A DNA stretch of 63,924 bases, counting the filler, from Lenisia limosa (taxonomy: Eukaryota > Protista > Breviatea), in the NCBI GenBank assembly GCA_001655205.1. It is 13 parts of 13 records of this genome, joined end to end, with 100 filler letters (N's around TTAATTAATTAA, not from the genome) between each part and the next. Parts side by side here need not be neighbours in the genome. Positions count along the whole stretch, not along the records: positions 60,260 to 62,778 come from LPNZ01003626.1; positions 62,879 to 63,924 come from LPNZ01003589.1; 11 more parts are not named here. One strand, written 5' to 3'. The notes under the pieces are model-generated. The model saw only the letters and a program-made list of their open reading frames with translations. It ran no database searches and had not been told where the DNA came from. A program made the translations under genes and the position numbers. Below, one piece after another: positions 62,085-63,924 of this stretch (position 1 is the stretch's first letter; each line of letters opens with the position of its first letter).

Positions 62085-62180
62085 CTTTTAAACGGCGTTA
62101 CCCGCCCTTAGGACCGACTCACCCGTGTCCAACTGCTGTTCACACGGAACCTTTCTGCACTTCAGACTTCAAAGTTTCAT
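62085..62180 (-). rRNA. Isolated ~100-bp 28S (LSU) rRNA fragment, not a full rRNA gene
   Basis: Reverse complement reads AACTTTGAAGTCTGAAGTGCAGAAAGGTTCCGTGTGAACAGCAGTTGGACACGGGTGAGTCGGTCCTAAG, matching the conserved eukaryotic LSU core AACTTTGAAGACTGAAGTGG-x-GAAAGGTTCC...AACAGCAGTTG...GTCG-x-TCCTAAG. Flanks do not continue as rRNA. Confidence 0.8.
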
Positions 62181-63095
62181 CAATGGATCGGATTTAGAGA
62201 ACCAAGAAAAAACACGTCAACAATCCTTATCCTCTTTCATACTATAACACTTTTTTTGTTTGTTTGCATCTGTCCATCTGTCCATTTGCTGTCCAATTAA
62301 ATTGACAGAATGATCCATATTATACCTTGGGATGGAAAATAAAACAAGGTTACATCTGACCGAAGACATTCACAAGAAATACAAATTTACAATGCAGATC
62401 ATCCATTCACCAAATCATATTATCATACAATAGAAATACATTAAAAGTAACAGAAAAAGACCTTTTACAAAACCAACATCATAACAACAGCACACATAGA
62501 AAAGATCACTTTTACCATCTTTTATTCGTACTCAACTCGAGTGTTGAAGAGGCGATATGATCAAGTGATCAGCTATATTCCTGGACCTTGGCCATTAAAT
62601 TCCTAGATTGTGAGTGGGGGGGTGAAAAATATAATATAAATGTGTTATGATAAATAGTATATTATATGTATAATACTATAAAAATCAGTACTCCTTACAG
62701 CTGCCTTGCAATTAGGGATTGACTTAAATAGCGATAGTTTTTGAGGATTTATCGAGAAACCCAGAACCGAAGTGAAGCNNNNNNNNNNNNNNNNNNNNNN
62801 NNNNNNNNNNNNNNNNNNNNNNTTAATTAATTAANNNNNNNNNNNNNNNNNNNNNNNNNNNNNNNNNNNNNNNNNNNNCCATCTTTGCCATCCTTGTGTG
62901 CATCTTGGTGTAATTAAAGTTCAAATAGTTCAAAGTTCAATCTCCCCTCAAGTGGCCCCTCAGTCTCACCTGTCATCCTGCAGCTCACATACCTTTACCA
63001 ACACTTTACTCAGACTTTACTACTACTTACTACTACTTACTACTACTGAGTGATCATGAGCATACAATTTTTTAACTGACACAACAAACACAAGT

Positions 63096-63831
63096 ATGGA
63101 ACTAGAAGACCCCCTTCCTGTCACCCAAATGGCCTTCTCCTTTCCTTCTACACCACAACAACCTCACACATCTGCATTAGATGATTCAGCATGCTGGTCT
63201 GAAGCTGAAACTCCTGGAACAGGTGGGTATGGTTTCAAACAGGTATTTGGTAGGTGTGGATGGTGTGTTTTAATTCTTGGGTCTGTACCTCAACGTATTA
63301 CGTATTACAAACGTTTTAAAATTTTAAATTCTCTGGTTTGTCAACTTTTTTTTTTGTTTGTGACCTTCACTATGACTCTTTTTCAGTACAACACTATCCT
63401 GATAGTGATGTTGAAACCCCTGCTTCTTCTCTAAACACCACACCTTGCAAATCTCCACCAATGGCGCCGGTTTTGGTGTGTTGGGTGTATCACCTTTCAT
63501 AAAGTTTTGAATGCTCTTCTGATGGATGTAGATATGAGATACCTAATTATATATTTTATTTATAAATTCACGATTGTGGGCTTTATATGACGGAGAACTC
63601 TGGCAAATAATTCTTTGCATTGTTTTAACTGAAATTTAGATTTCCAGATTACTTTCTCACTTATTTCTCAATTCTATATCTTCCAAGTTCAGCTGTCTGA
63701 CTTTTAACGCCCAGACGTTTCCTGGCTCATGGGATACCTTAAAATCACAAGTTTCTGTTCCGCTTTTTGACACTGCCTTAAATATCCCTAATCGTTCGGA
63801 AACCTTACAAGATGAGCTTGAAAATGACAAG
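63096..63831 (+). CDS. 5' exons of a Ser/Thr-Pro-rich protein (3' partial)
   Basis: MELEDPLPVTQMAFSFPSTPQQ...ETPGT|...DVETPASSLNTTPCKSPPMAP|...TLQDELENDK, with GT/AG junctions. Confidence 0.45.
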
Positions 63832-63924
63832 GTTTGGTAGGACAGAGTTGTCAGGCAATTAATAGGGTGAATTAATAGTACGCTATAATCCAATATTTCT
63901 TATAAGCGTGGTGTGGACGGCTTC

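Noticed and set aside
1-63924. tRNA genes, telomeric repeats, spliced-leader or intronless endosymbiont/bacterial DNA, transposase or reverse transcriptase ORFs
   Set aside because: No tRNA T-loop/cloverleaf, telomere array, long intronless ORF cluster, or DDE/RT motif was found by eye. tRNAscan-SE and a TE-protein search would be needed to exclude degenerate cases.

Overview
Intron-rich eukaryotic nuclear DNA from a protist. An aerobic amoebozoan is plausible (mitochondrial enoyl-thioester reductase, Cet1-type capping triphosphatase, RpiB, large Cys-rich surface proteins), but the taxon is inference only. The window is not contiguous: twelve 100-bp spacers (44 N + TTAATTAATTAA + 44 N) join 13 unrelated scaffold pieces, and many internal N gaps start at long C or G runs. 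Recognisable spliced genes are an EGF/LamG-like type I membrane protein, a CYTH/Cet1-type mRNA triphosphatase, a giant Cys-rich secreted protein, a divergent CK1-family kinase, FAM32A, an Sds3-like protein, an ankyrin exon, an ASH-domain protein, an RS-repeat protein built from micro-exons, syntaxin-7-like, MECR, RpiB, DCP1 and HAS1/DDX18, plus a ~100-bp 28S rRNA fragment. The most striking signal is non-coding. Dispersed repeat families form the ends of introns. Family Y (~18 copies) usually ends at the 3' splice site (TTTTACTCCCCCAG) and once, reversed, follows a donor GT. Family X makes up essentially one whole 66-nt intron and the 3' end of others. A related family Z shares a head module with Y. 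There are also short tandem duplications centred on splice sites and at least four MITE families. No CRISPR array, tRNA or autonomous transposase was found. Exon models were read by eye and are unverified without RNA-seq.
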